DNA of 64,000 nt from Eukaryota sp. TZLM1-RC (Eukaryota; Protista; Metamonada: BaSk clade), in assembly GCA_040285825.1 (NCBI GenBank), contig JAUPSS010000001.1:2542001-2606000 (forward strand). Direction: 5' to 3'. The notes beneath the pieces are model-generated. The model worked only from the letters and a program-made list of their open reading frames with translations. It did not search any database and was not told the DNA's origin. Positions 1 to 11,830 of this stretch are shown here, piece by piece (position 1 is the first letter of the stretch; each line of letters begins with the position of its first letter). Both the position numbers and the translations under genes were made by a program.

Positions 1-432
1 ATGACCAATGAGAATAACAAAGACTCCATAGCTCTTCAGTCGTTGTACCAAGTAGAAAAAGTCTGAATCTCCGCTGACTAAGACCACTGTGGTCGATATC
101 AGATTTTGGTCTTTTTGGAGTAAATGTATGTTATGCATTACGTCTACCGCAATGGCAATATCTGTTGAATTTTTAAAGCTGGAAGATGGAGATAGTTGGT
201 GAATTTGCACCCCTTTGTTGTGACAAGCTCTAATCCATCTGGTTTGACTGTCCTTGCGTTTATTATTGTGGATATGAGTGTTGATTTTGTCAGGTTTTCT
301 GTTGCTAAAGTTTCTAAAGCAAGATAGATATACTGTGATCTGAGCCATGATGCCAAACTTGGATTTTAAAGTAGAAAGAAGTTCTTCAGCTTGATGTGAG
401 TCGAAGTTATCAGCATCAATGTAGATGAACAT
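1..432 (-). CDS. NYN-domain (LabA/DUF88, PIN-like) putative ribonuclease, partial; runs off the window start and is absent from the ORF track
   Basis: Manual translation from ATG at 432 is open to position 1: MFIYIDADNF...KNSTDIAIAVDVMH...VVLVSGDSDFFYLVQRLKSYGVFVILIGH. These are the acidic NYN motifs (IDxxN, KxxD, SGDxDF). Confidence 0.85.
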   Translation of the reverse strand, partial: MFIYIDADNFDSHQAEELLSTLKSKFGIMAQITVYLSCFRNFSNRKPDKINTHIHNNKRKDSQTRWIRACHNKGVQIHQLSPSSSFKNSTDIAIAVDVMHNIHLLQKDQNLISTTVVLVSGDSDFFYLVQRLKSYGVFVILIGH

Positions 433-598
433 TGAAATCAGAAACAGTATAATTAGCAAGAGCAGTTGCGCAAGAAGATATATTCAAGGTTCCGTTGCGT
501 TTATGACCTAGTTTTTGAAGTGAGGGAAAAGTGAAAACCACCAAATCCAAGGGTTGGCAAGTGTAATATTTCATAGATGAGCTCTTAATTTTCAAAAC

Positions 599-2236
599 AT
601 CACAGACACCCGGCTGTGTCACATCTATTCACTCGGTCATTTGCTCTTAACTCACTACTGACCCCTTTTGCAGTGCAACAAATTCGGGCTGACCTTCCTT
701 TGGTCACCGAGATTTGTCATGAAGCTTCTTTATTGCTTCTTTTCTTTTGAATTTTCCGTTGGCATTTAGAGCTTTAGTAGAACAAGATGTATGGTATCTT
801 TTTATGACCGTCATCACCACTGTTTTTTCCCAAACCTATCCACCTCCAAGAAGACAACGCCAATTACAACTTATCTTTTACTTTTTTAGTGGATTTTTCC
901 CTAAATCCCCACAAGACAGGTTCCTTATTTCGACAGAGGAAAATTCTCTGATTCCCTATAGAAATTCATTCATTATTTTCCTCAATGATTGGCTGCAGGC
1001 ACAGAGATGCAATTTTATCAATAAAGAAGGACTTTCTTCTTGCCTTGCTTGTCGGGCTCATCAATTTGCATTGAATATTAAGACAAGTTTTTCCAAAATT
1101 GGTCAATCCTGGACAGAGAACTTCGTTCCTGCTCATTGTAGAGCTCTGGATAAAACGAATGTCTTTGCCAATTATCTTCTCTCTCTTATACCAGCTAAAC
1201 CCTTAGCACCTCTAGAAGCTGGTGAACCAACAAAAGGTGAGCAACTCGAAGAAGTAGTTATTCATTCTAATCTTGAGCCATACATCAATTTTCATCTTAA
1301 TAATCCTGGAAAAAGATTCTTTTTATTAAATGCATGTAATTTTATCTTGAATCTCTTTCACAAATTTCCTACCAATGCATCTTTACTATTTTACAATGGC
1401 GAAATCACCTTTTCATCAAAGGAAATCGGTGAGTTTTTTCGCTTTGATCTGAAAATTTCGCAATACTTTCTCACTTCCTTCTCTCATTTACATTGTAGGA
1501 ACAAATTTAGAAAAATATCATTGGCTTCTCACAAAAGTTCTCAATTTTTTAAAATACCCTCACAAATTTTGTAAAGCTTGAAGAAATTCCCATTTGTTGA
1601 AGAAACATATTCAAAAACAAAGCTTATCAAAAATTTAATACAAATAAATCAGGTTTAAAAAATAGATTTAAAAAACTATATTCAAAACTAACAATAATGT
1701 GCTGCTTTTGAATTTCGAAGGTTAAAATAATGATTCAGAAAACACAGATGAGTGGACGAACCACTGAAAAAGAAAAGAAGATCAAAAAAAGAAATAAAAG
1801 TTGACCCTGATGCCAACAAAACCAGAGAAGTAGAGTTGAAGGGTACTAAAAAATTTCCTGTCGAAGACGCAAAGAACTACTCGAAATAATTGATAAAAAT
1901 CCCCTCATTGGCGTTGCTCTGGGCCAATCTAGATTATGTGGTTATTTCTTAAGTGATAACCAATGTGGAGTTATCCGTTGTCCAACTGGCAGGAGGTACA
2001 TGACAAAACATTCACCCAGTAAACACTTGCTCAACCAATATTCCGTTCAAAGTTTCGACCAATTTTTGACCCATTGGAATTTGGTCAGAAGGAAAATGTA
2101 CTTGGAAAACAATTGGCAGAAAGGAAATAATTAAATTTGATAACCGCAGACCAAAAGAGAGACGGTTCCGAGAGAGTTTCAACAAATTTCAAAGGCTGGC
2201 TGGACATCCTAAAAACTCTACCTTGCTGTGGGATCT
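599..2236 (+). pseudogene. Degenerate Fanzor copy, same family as 22679-24633, 3'-truncated
   Basis: Collinear similarity to 22679-24330 (e.g. RALVEQDVWYLFMTVITT, RAHCRALDKTNVFAN). Start codon is ATC instead of ATG, there are several stops and frameshifts, and RuvC-I reads IGVALG (D to A). It ends where a CRE-like fragment begins. Confidence 0.85.
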
Positions 2237-3030
2237 TTTGCAAATCTTTTACAAAATATGTGTGATAGTACATCTTCTGCTTTAGTAACTACCATTCCTC
2301 AAGTTTATGGTACTCTCTTAACTGATTCTGCTTGCACTTTGATTACGAGACTTCGTTCCTTAATCTGGCCTGATAACTTGCCTGATAATTTAATTTGCAA
2401 ATGTTCTCGAAAAATTACAATTGCTCATTTGTTATATGTAAACATCTTATTATTTTAAAAGCAAAGGTCATGATGTTGTCAGAAACCAATTATATTGTAT
2501 GTGTAAGTCTAATAGAATTGAATTCTTTTGGGAACCTCTGTGGTCAAATCTGTTTGATGCTGAAGATGATTTTCATAAGAATAATAGAGGTGACGTCATA
2601 TTACTTGGATTAGATGGAACCTTCATTTTAGTAGATGTCATGTCTGTTGGTCCTTGTAATGTCTCAAATGAAAGGCTTGCTTATTCTGAAATTCATTATG
2701 CTCTTTCAAATATTGAAAATTTCAAAATTAAAATATACGGTGAACGTTTGTCCAAATTGTCCACCCAACAACAAGCAAAATACAATTTGTATCCATTTGT
2801 ATTTGCTCTATTTGGTTCACTTGCTCACACTTCTTTACGTTTTGTAGCAGATTTTGAAATGATTGTAAAACAAGGGATCACTAGGAATTTTAACAGTTTT
2901 TTTTGGCAAAATAGAATGGTGTTTTCTATTTTTAAGGGAATGTTGAACTTGTTTCTGATGCTTGGCTTTCTCTGGATCTCACTATGAGAAAGTTGCATCT
3001 AGTTGTTTTGTTTTGGAAAATGTTGAAAAG
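2236..3030 (+). mobile_element. CRE-like (RLE-type) non-LTR retrotransposon, 3' fragment
   Basis: CxC...HL zinc finger remnant, RGD, VDV, YPFVFALFG and FWQNR motifs shared with the other RLE fragments in the window; frameshifted. Confidence 0.8.
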
Positions 3031-3404
3031 AGGAAAAGTAAAAAGTGTGAGAATTTAAGTTATGTCTGATTTTATAAATTCTAAATATCAACGAAAGATA
3101 TTCTAACAACAAAATTTGCAAACTTCAATCATCAACTATGCCTGTTTTTTTGAGAAAACTGGTGATGAAGTTGATGTGATCAAAAGTTAAACCAATAATC
3201 AGTGTTGTCGAAAAGATTTTATCACTCCACCTCAACAGTTTTCATCACCTATCTGGTTCACGAATAGGGTGAAATGATTTAACCCTTTTTAATAAATTGG
3301 TACATTGAAAATTAACATTTATGTATAAATAATTGTTAGCAAATCTTCAAACCTCCAGTGTCAGGGACACCCATCTCATTGCTATAAACAACACACCTCC
3401 ATCA

Positions 3405-6400
3405 ATGAATGAAGACAGCATCAACATCTCATCACCTGTTCCTCGACCTTATGACAAATACAATATACTTCCATCTTTCTTACAAACAAAAGGCGTTGCT
3501 CGTCATCACATAGATTCCTTTGACTTCTTCGTCAACCACGACATCCATAAGATAGTATCTGCCAATTCTCGTGTTACATGCGACTCAGACCCCTATTGGT
3601 TTCTAGATCTTCTTCAAATTAGAATAGGTACTCCTTCTGTAGAGGAAAACATGCTTAGTCAGTCTATTACCCCTCAAAAATGTCGTCTTCGTGAACTCAC
3701 TTATTCAGCTCCATTGTATGTAGACGTTAGATACTGCTTGGGGAAGAAGATTGTATCCAAAAGTAATGTCTTCATTGGTAAAATCCCAGTCATGCTTCGT
3801 TCCTCTCTTTGCGTTCTTCGCAACAAAACCGAAGCTGAACTTGCTCAATTAGGAGAGTGTCCTCTAGATCCTGGTGGTTATTTCATTGTCAAGGGCACCG
3901 AAAAGGTTGTTCTGATTCAGGAACAATTGAGCAAGAACAGAATTATTATAGAGGAAGGAACCAAAAATGTTGATCTTCAAGCTACAATTACTTCTTCTAC
4001 TCATGAAAGAAAAACTCGTACCAATGTTGTTTTGGCAAAGTCTAGTGTCTATTTAAAACATAACTCATTAACAGAAGATATTCCATTGTTTATTGTGTTC
4101 AAAGCTATGGGGGTCGAGACTGATATGGAGATAGTGCAACTAGTTGCCGGTAAAGATCAATCACTGAGAGGTTTGTTGGCAAGTTCACTGCAGGAAACCG
4201 TTTCATTAGGCATTATTTCTTCTGATCAAGCCTTATTGTATATTGGGAGTAGAATCAAGCAAACCACAAGAGTAGGGGCTGCCAGAGAGAACAAAGTTGA
4301 AGAAGGAAGGGAAATATTACTAAATGTGGTATTTTCTCATATTCCAGTTGAGAATTTTAATTTACGGCCAAAATGTATGTTTCTGGCAATTACTACAAGA
4401 AGGCTCTTATTAGCTTCAAAAGATTCTTCTTATATAGATGACAAGGATTACTATGGTAACAAAAGAATTGAACTTGCGGGTGATCTGATATCGTTATTAT
4501 TTGAAGATTGTTTTAAAAAGTTTCTATTTGACTTGAAAAAGCAAGCTGATAATGCTTTCAGCAAAACCTCAAGGGCTGCAGAGTTTGACATTCTTGCACA
4601 TTTTAAGACAGATACCATAACATATGCGTTTACTCATACGATTGCTTCGGGTAATTGGGTGTTGAAAAGATTCAAAATGGACAGAGCAGGGGTCACTGCG
4701 GTAGTTTCAAGGCTTTCTTACATGGGAGCTTTAGGCCATATGACCAGAATCTCTTCACAGTTTGAGAAGTCAAGAAAAGTGTCTGGTCCAAGGGCTCTTC
4801 AACTTAGTCAATGGGGTGTAGTCTGTCCTACTGATACTCCTGAAGGAGAAAGCTGTGGATTGGTCAAAAACCTTGCGTTGTTATGCCACGTTACCAATGA
4901 CACTTCTGTCGAGTCTACAGTTGCTACGTGTTTCTCGTTGGGGGTGTCCGATGCTGATTTGGTTTCAGGAGAGGAAATTCATTCAAGTTATCTAGTTTTT
5001 ATTGATGGCCAAATAATTGGGATCCACGATGATCCTTTGTTTTTGGCTACTTCTCTGCGGAAGTTTAGGAGAAGGGGTTTGTTGAGTCCCTTTATGTCTG
5101 TCTATGTTCATTCGAAGCATAAAAGTGTGTACGTTGCCTGTGATGGAGGGAGGCTGTGTCGTCCCTTGTTGGTGGTGTCAAAAGGAAAGCTCTTAATGAC
5201 CAATCAAATGATTGATGATTTGGGTAGAGGTACAAAAACCTTTGATTCATTAATTCAAGAAGGTATTGTTGAATATATCGATGTAAATGAGCATAATGAT
5301 TGCTTCATAGCCCTCAATGAAGATGAATTAACAATTAATACCACCCACTGTGAAATTCATCCAATGACGATTCTTGGAGTCGTTGCTGGTCTGATTCCCT
5401 TTCCTGACCACAACCAATCTCCTCGAAACACTTATCAATGTGCAATGGGGAAGCAAGCAATTGGAGCAGTTGCTTATAACCAGTTTAATAGAGTTGATAC
5501 AGTGTTGTATTTGCTTGTGTATCCCCAGAAACCAATGGTTAGGACCAAACAAATTCGATTATTGGATTATGAAAAACTTCCAGCAGGGCAAAATGCCATG
5601 GTCGCTGTGATGTCTTACTCTGGCTACGATATTGAAGATGCACTTATTCTCAATAAGGCCTCTATAGATAGAGGTTATGGTAGATGTTTTGTTTACAAAA
5701 AGGAAGTGGTTTCCTTAAGAAAATACGCTAATGGTACAGCTGATTCCATTGTTGGACCCCCTCCTGATACATGTAAATCTGATGTAAAAACTAAGCGTTT
5801 TGCAGCTCTTGATCTAGATGGCATTGCTTCCCCTGGACAAACACTTTCCAATGGGGATGTTTATCTCAACAAAGTAATACCAACTTCAACTGACATTGTC
5901 TCCAGGGCTGAGAGTAATCAAGTGCAGGTAAAATCTGCTCCAATGAGTTTTAGAGGACCTGCTGACGTGATTGTTGACCGGTCAATATTATCAATCAACG
6001 ACCATGATGAGCTAGTGGTGAAGTTTTCATTTAGGGAGACCAGAATTCCAGAAATTGGTGACAAGTTTAGTTCTAGACATGGTCAAAAAGGAGTTACTGG
6101 TCTTATTGTGTCCCAAGACGATATGCCCTTTACTCAAGATGGAGTTTGTCCTGATATGATTATGAACCCCCACGGTTTCCCATCACGTATGACAGTCGGT
6201 AAAATGATTGAATTAATTGGTGGAAAAGCAGGAATTTGTGAAGGAAAGCATGCTGATGCAACTGTTTTTGATGGAGATTCAGTAGAAGACATTGGTGCCA
6301 CCCTTGTTAAGCACGGGTATTCGTTTTCAGGAAAAGACTTACTTACTTGTGGAATCACTGGGCAAACATTATCTGCTTATATCTTTTTTGGTCCCATTTA

Positions 6401-6779
6401 TTACCAAAAGTTGAAACACATGGTTCTTGACAAAATGCATGCTAGGGCGAGGGGACCTAAGGCAATGCTAACAAGGCAACCAACTGAGGGACGGAGTAGA
6501 GATGGAGGGTTGCGACTAGGGGAGATGGAACGAGATGTTCTTATAGCCTATGGAACCTCAATGCTAATGCAGGAAAGACTAATGATTTCCTCTGATGAGT
6601 TTGTTGCAAATGTATGTGGGCAGTGTGGTATTGTGGGTTATTCAGGTTGGTGTCAGCACTGCAGGACAGGCCAACATGTTACTGAAATGAAAATTCCATA
6701 TGCATCAAAACTTTTGTTACAAGAATTGCAAGCAATGAATATTGCTGCCAGGTTAGAAGTTACTCCAGTTACGAGGTAA
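3405..6779 (+). CDS. POLR3B: DNA-directed RNA polymerase III second-largest subunit (RPC2/RET1)
   Basis: GDKFSSRHGQKG, YYQKLKHMVLDKMHARARG, TRQPTEGRSRDGGLRLGEMERD. Pol III-type FEKSRKVSGPRAL and IQEQLSKNRII. First ATG at 3405; intronless. Confidence 0.96.
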   Translation: MNEDSINISSPVPRPYDKYNILPSFLQTKGVARHHIDSFDFFVNHDIHKIVSANSRVTCDSDPYWFLDLLQIRIGTPSVEENMLSQSITPQKCRLRELTYSAPLYVDVRYCLGKKIVSKSNVFIGKIPVMLRSSLCVLRNKTEAELAQLGECPLDPGGYFIVKGTEKVVLIQEQLSKNRIIIEEGTKNVDLQATITSSTHERKTRTNVVLAKSSVYLKHNSLTEDIPLFIVFKAMGVETDMEIVQLVAGKDQSLRGLLASSLQETVSLGIISSDQALLYIGSRIKQTTRVGAARENKVEEGREILLNVVFSHIPVENFNLRPKCMFLAITTRRLLLASKDSSYIDDKDYYGNKRIELAGDLISLLFEDCFKKFLFDLKKQADNAFSKTSRAAEFDILAHFKTDTITYAFTHTIASGNWVLKRFKMDRAGVTAVVSRLSYMGALGHMTRISSQFEKSRKVSGPRALQLSQWGVVCPTDTPEGESCGLVKNLALLCHVTNDTSVESTVATCFSLGVSDADLVSGEEIHSSYLVFIDGQIIGIHDDPLFLATSLRKFRRRGLLSPFMSVYVHSKHKSVYVACDGGRLCRPLLVVSKGKLLMTNQMIDDLGRGTKTFDSLIQEGIVEYIDVNEHNDCFIALNEDELTINTTHCEIHPMTILGVVAGLIPFPDHNQSPRNTYQCAMGKQAIGAVAYNQFNRVDTVLYLLVYPQKPMVRTKQIRLLDYEKLPAGQNAMVAVMSYSGYDIEDALILNKASIDRGYGRCFVYKKEVVSLRKYANGTADSIVGPPPDTCKSDVKTKRFAALDLDGIASPGQTLSNGDVYLNKVIPTSTDIVSRAESNQVQVKSAPMSFRGPADVIVDRSILSINDHDELVVKFSFRETRIPEIGDKFSSRHGQKGVTGLIVSQDDMPFTQDGVCPDMIMNPHGFPSRMTVGKMIELIGGKAGICEGKHADATVFDGDSVEDIGATLVKHGYSFSGKDLLTCGITGQTLSAYIFFGPIYYQKLKHMVLDKMHARARGPKAMLTRQPTEGRSRDGGLRLGEMERDVLIAYGTSMLMQERLMISSDEFVANVCGQCGIVGYSGWCQHCRTGQHVTEMKIPYASKLLLQELQAMNIAARLEVTPVTR

Positions 6780-6872
6780 GTGTTGTATTAAAAAACATTA
6801 TTTTAGTTTTAATTTGAATTAATTTATTGAGAAAATGATAAATTCTAGTTTTAATTTAATCTTTGAACTGAC

Positions 6873-7578
6873 CTAAATCCAAATAATTATCAGAGAGACA
6901 AAAGTAAATAGTGAGACAACTAAATAATACAGTTTTGATAAATGAATCTTGATTGTTGGCTGTCTTCCATAAAATTCATTTTGAATTCGAGTTATGGTGA
7001 ATTCGTTTGAATATTGTTTTGCAACTGCACACTCTTGATTGTGTGCTTCAAGCTGTTTGATTTTGTCATGAGCAGAGTTGAGTTTTTTGCTTTCATTGAA
7101 GAGTTGTTCTTCATACTGTGTGGTAAGTCTGTTTCTCTCAGCAACAATGTCATCTAGTTGCTTTTGGAGACGTTGTTCACGGACACGGGATGCCTGTATG
7201 GTTGTGTGAGACGTTGCTGTCGTAAGAATAAGAGTGGTGCATGACACATACTTATTATGGCTTGCTGTTCCTTCAACTTGTTACGTAACTGTTGAGTTTC
7301 TTCTTTTAACTGTACTTCAAGAGCTACGATTTCTTTCCTAAAATGGTTGTTGTCTATAGAGGATGTGACCTTTTGTGGTTCATCTTCCAGTCTTTGTTTC
7401 AGGTGTCGATTCTCTTCTTCGAGAGCTGAGTTGAGAATTCAAATGCAAAAGTACCTCTGACGAGCTCGGCTGCCTTTTCGAGTTGGAACCTGTTGACCAA
7501 GATTTTTTCATTGTTGTCCACAGATTCTTCTTGTGAAATACAGTTATTGACAAGAGGAGAAGAAGTCAAAGATGTCAT
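6873..7578 (-). CDS. Hypothetical coiled-coil, tail-anchored membrane protein; 3 exons (7578-7455, 7425-7252, 7216-6873)
   Basis: Removing GT-AG introns 7426-7454 (29 nt) and 7217-7251 (35 nt) gives a continuous, phase-consistent frame from ATG 7578 with a C-terminal hydrophobic helix. Confidence 0.65.
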
Positions 7579-7804
7579 GTAACGCCAGACTTCAATATAG
7601 TATTAAAGGCCTAAATGAAGGAACTACTGGATGCAGGTAAAAATAAGTTGAAATTCAATTTTTTTATCTTACTCTCATAAGTAATCCAAGAATCTGGTAT
7701 TGTTTTAACTTGATCCCTGATACTAGCCAACTGGCCTAAAATGTAATAAATTGAAATAGTAAAAAATTGAGACTTAAAATTTGGTAAGGATAAAACAAAA
7801 AAAG

Positions 7805-8593
7805 CTATTCATCAAGTCCATCAGCACTGGAAACATCAACAGCAGCCAGTTCAACTACCTCAACTGATCCCCGCCCTTTACTGAGCTGGGAAACCAGGTC
7901 TTGTAATTGATGCAAGTCACCAGGAGGAAGAGACATTGTCAGGGAAACAGTAAAACCAAAAACTTGGTTCTCAACAGTCCAAGTATCAAAAACTTTACTT
8001 TTAAGCTGTTTAGCAGCTGATTCTGGGATAGAAACCAGTACTCTCATTTTCGCTCTAGACACTGGAATATTGTTCTGTTGAAATAACCTAAATACTTCAA
8101 GGGCCTGCTTCTTTGCTGATTGAGATGGATTAACTGAGAAATGAACATCCTTCATAAGTTGTTCTATGGTTCCAATACTAACTGGAAGCTTTGTTTCGTC
8201 AGAAACACTCCTGCGAGCGACCAAGGCAGCAATTTGATTCAATAGGTTTGAATGATGAATTTGACGCTCTCTTTCTGATACTTGCAACTCTCCCTTTTCT
8301 AAAATCTAAAATGAGTGCAGAAGAACAAAGCAAACCTTTCTGCAAATTGTAAGTTTGTCAGTAGTGCTGAAAGCTTTTTGTAGATCCTTCTCAGAAGCTA
8401 GGATTCCCTTTGAAACATTCAAGAAGACAGAATCAGTTTGGAGCACTTCATCAATATCTGATTCAACACCATTGCGCCAACTTTGCACCTTGTTGCGGTA
8501 ACATGCTATTTCAAAGCGCTTCCCTGATTTTTTTAGCCGCACGACTGCAACATTGGTTAGTTTGATTTGGTTTGATGGTGTAAAGATAGACAT
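7805..8593 (-). CDS. SBDS: Ribosome maturation factor SBDS/Sdo1; 2 exons, 30-nt intron at 8306-8335
   Basis: [32 protein letters not shown]. Splicing GTTTGC...TTTTAG restores ICRK|[10 protein letters not shown]; SAKKQALEV also present. Confidence 0.96.
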
Positions 8594-10141
8594 AAGCTAC
8601 TTATCCAGAAAGGGTTGTTTAGAAGCAATAAAAACTAAGGTGTTGAGTGCCAAAGATTTCTTAATTACTTTATTACTTTAACTGCAGTGGGCAGTGTATT
8701 TCTCAATCAAAATCGATTTCATACTACTGGATTTCCATTTTAATTAAGCCTTGTATTGAACGACCATAGGCTCCTTTGATCAGCATTACGAGGAGCAGAG
8801 TTATCCACAGTACCATACATTGAGACAAACAAAAATGATTGAGATCAAAATTATCACTATCAAATATCAATAATATACACCATCAAATTGATTATTTTTC
8901 CGTGGCTGTTGGTGAATGAACATTACTTTAAGAATGTGATGAGACTTTTTACGTCAAGTGACTGTGCTATCTGATTTTTTTAAATCTATGGAGACAAGAA
9001 CATAATAAATTATTCAATATATGGCGAAAAAGACAATTACCTTTCTGGTTCCCATTACTAGTCCTAGATTCCGAAGAACTAGATCAGATTTCTTCAAGCC
9101 GATCGATCGGATCTGTCGTTCATTTACCCTTGCCAAAAACGGTACAAGCTTGTTTGAAAGCACAAAATCAGGTAATGTCACAAGAAATCAAAGAATAGAG
9201 GGTTAGATTTTTCATAATGAAAATGCCATCCATTTTTTCCAATGCTCTGCCTCCCGATTCGATACCTTCTTTTATGGTTTTTTATCATTTCCCACTTTTC
9301 GTTTAGGAGCTCTCTACACTCCCTACCCACCACCCCCACTACATTATCCACCTCACCCTGTTTCTCAATTGTCTCCTCTACCAACCAACCCCTACCCACC
9401 ACCACACTGTGACTTGCTCATTGAGTGATCATATTATCTTAAATTATTCTTTTTGCATTTAACTGAATTTGACTAAGATTTTGTTGTTATAACTCGCAAA
9501 GAAATAAAACAAGTTCAAATGTTGCTCAGTAAATTTTGTGCAACTGAACACATTATTCAACTCAATGAGGGGGTAGACCTGCTTCAATTTATGAGGACTT
9601 GAAAAATTTGTTGAAAATAATTATAAGCAGTTAAAGGAAAATAATAGTGGTATTCCTCTTTATCCCATAGATCATTGTACCATCTGGAAGGCCACCATCA
9701 CAGAAAAATTTACAACGAATTTACTATTACTATTATTATGATTACTATTGGAATGAGGTATGCTCAATTTATTGAAAAATATATTAATCTATATTTTGAG
9801 AAAATGGAAGTTAAAAAAGAGATGACCCAAAAAGAAAAGTCTGTTTTTCGTTGTACGTTACATTAAGTCAAAAATCCATTTCGTCAAGTGAATCGTAATA
9901 ATTGTCCGACTACTGTGGTGCTAGGCCGCACTCATTGTCATAATTTATACCTTTTTACTTCAGTGAATCAATCAGTATTTTTGGGTTTTTCCGTACTATT
10001 GTTTCTAAGGACTAAAACTATAATGCTCTACTTTCAATAGAACACCATTTATTTCAGTTTCACTTACATATTTTTTGCTTTCCTGTTTGTTACTTATATA
10101 AATTTTCACTACCATGCTGTTATAATCTAAGATTTTTTCAG

Positions 10142-10254
10142 AACATAGCTTCAGATTTCAGCATTATCCATTTGAGAATTCCTGGAATTCTCAAAATTAC
10201 CATTCCTTTGAAAATCTTGAAAATAATGAAAATTCCGGAATCTAAAGCTATGTT
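10142..10254. repeat. Small MITE-like element: 16-bp terminal inverted repeats plus an internal palindrome
   Basis: AACATAGCTTCAGATT (10142-10157) vs AATCTAAAGCTATGTT (10239-10254) match 15/16. Perfect 12-bp arms TTTGAGAATTCC-T-GGAATTCTCAAA at 10171-10195. No clear TSD. Confidence 0.5.
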
Positions 10255-10847
10255 TTCAATTGATCTTGTGTATATTTGACCTCTCTACAGAGCACAAATA
10301 TCGTCGTTAATGCTTTCATGCTATTTTTTCGTGTTACCCACCAAAATATTTAGATTAGGTGTATTTAAGACAATGCTTTTGTTGCCTTTACGAGCATTTT
10401 AACGCCATCCTATGCACGTTTGAACCCATTTTGAAATTCATTAGGTTAGTTGAATGGTTTTCACCAGAATCAAGTTCTTTTGGTCACTTTTTGTTGAAAC
10501 TTTCACTTTTATGCAGGTAGTTTTTTGTTCAATGTCCAAATCTATGTGTTTCATTTTTATGTTTCAATAAATTGTTCACGAATTTTCAGTTCTATTTTTG
10601 AATTAAAAGCAGCATGGACTATTGATCAATTTACATGTAATTCTGAGATTATTGATCTGGCTACAGACAAATACTGTAAATCAAGTTTGTGTTTAACAAA
10701 TTTCTACAGTGGATTCCTTACTGGATTCACAATCAAAAATTGTACTGACAATTTGTTTATTTTGTTTACTCTCTCCTCAAATACGGTCCAAATGCTTTCC
10801 TACTGATAGTCAAAATATTTCAACCAGAAGTTTGGATGCCTTAAGAT

Positions 10848-11760
10848 TTGCAAACGCCAATTTGTGAAAGGATATTAAAAGTTTTTGAAAATTTGGATTT
10901 TACTGCTCGGCTTAACTTGGCTAAGAAAAAGAAGCCCCATTTTGCCAACTTTTTAATTGATCTCAAGGAAAGTAGCTCCAGTTGTCTCATTTCCCAAATT
11001 CCAAATGTTTATGGTTTATTGTTAAATCGCCATCACTGGACGACTGCTGTAAAATTGAAGTGTTTGTTTTGGCGGTGTAGTGTGCCAAACGATTGGATTT
11101 GTCGTTGTGATCAGCTCATCAATCTGAATCATTTATTTAATTGCAAATTTGATGTTACATACCGCTGAGTTGTTCAGGATGCTGTTAGAGACCAGATTTA
11201 TGCCATGTGCAAAAGCGATCACATTGAAGTTTTTGTAGAACCACTTGTGCGTAAGTTGTAACCTAAAACTGAACATGATCATATTTTGGGAAACCTCAAG
11301 CTGATTTAATTACCTGGTGTAATTGAAGTAGTTGATGTTGTTACTGTTGATGATTGTAGAATATCAGCAGTAGATTTAGCTTATATAGAGGAAACCCCCT
11401 CTGTTTTGCAGAGAAGAGCAAAATGAAAAGGTACAGTGAGCCTTTATATCAACTTTGTCGTGTTGAGCTTGTAAAATACCAGCTGGTTCCTTTAACAGTT
11501 GGTAACGTTGGCATTTCTAATATGAAATTTCTCGAAGGCTTCAGATGCTTTATGTGATAAGGAGTGGGAAAAGAATTAAACTCTAATTTTTGGCACAATA
11601 GAATTGTTATTTGTATCCTCAAAGCCAATTCAAAATTGTTGAGCAAAGCACTGTTACAATTAGGAATAGAGTATGGAAATCAAACATTTCACAGATTTGA
11701 TGATGTTGATGCGTGTATTGAGGAAATCGAGTTCTGGTTTTATGTATATTGTTTTGTACA
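10848..11760 (+). mobile_element. CRE-like non-LTR retrotransposon, degenerate 3' fragment
   Basis: ICRCDQLINLNHLFNC zinc finger, QDAVRDQIYAMCK, EPLVRK, FWHNRIV, EEIEF; multiple stops and frameshifts. Confidence 0.8.
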
Positions 11761-11830
11761 AATTTTCTCAAATCTGTCAGGAATTTGTAATGAAATCCAT
11801 TATAGTGTATAAATATATATAATATAGTGT

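Noticed and set aside
5328-6358. Short antisense or overlapping ORFs in the track (also within HAP2, HECT, pol, the 2782-aa and MON2-like genes)
   Set aside because: Shadow ORFs of long coding regions with no independent motifs.
8720-8975. Possible snRNA or snoRNA (ATACTACTGG, GCTCCT/AGGAGC hairpin, GTGATGA...CTGA)
   Set aside because: The U1-like match is imperfect and the C/D spacing is only ~40 nt; needs an Rfam search.
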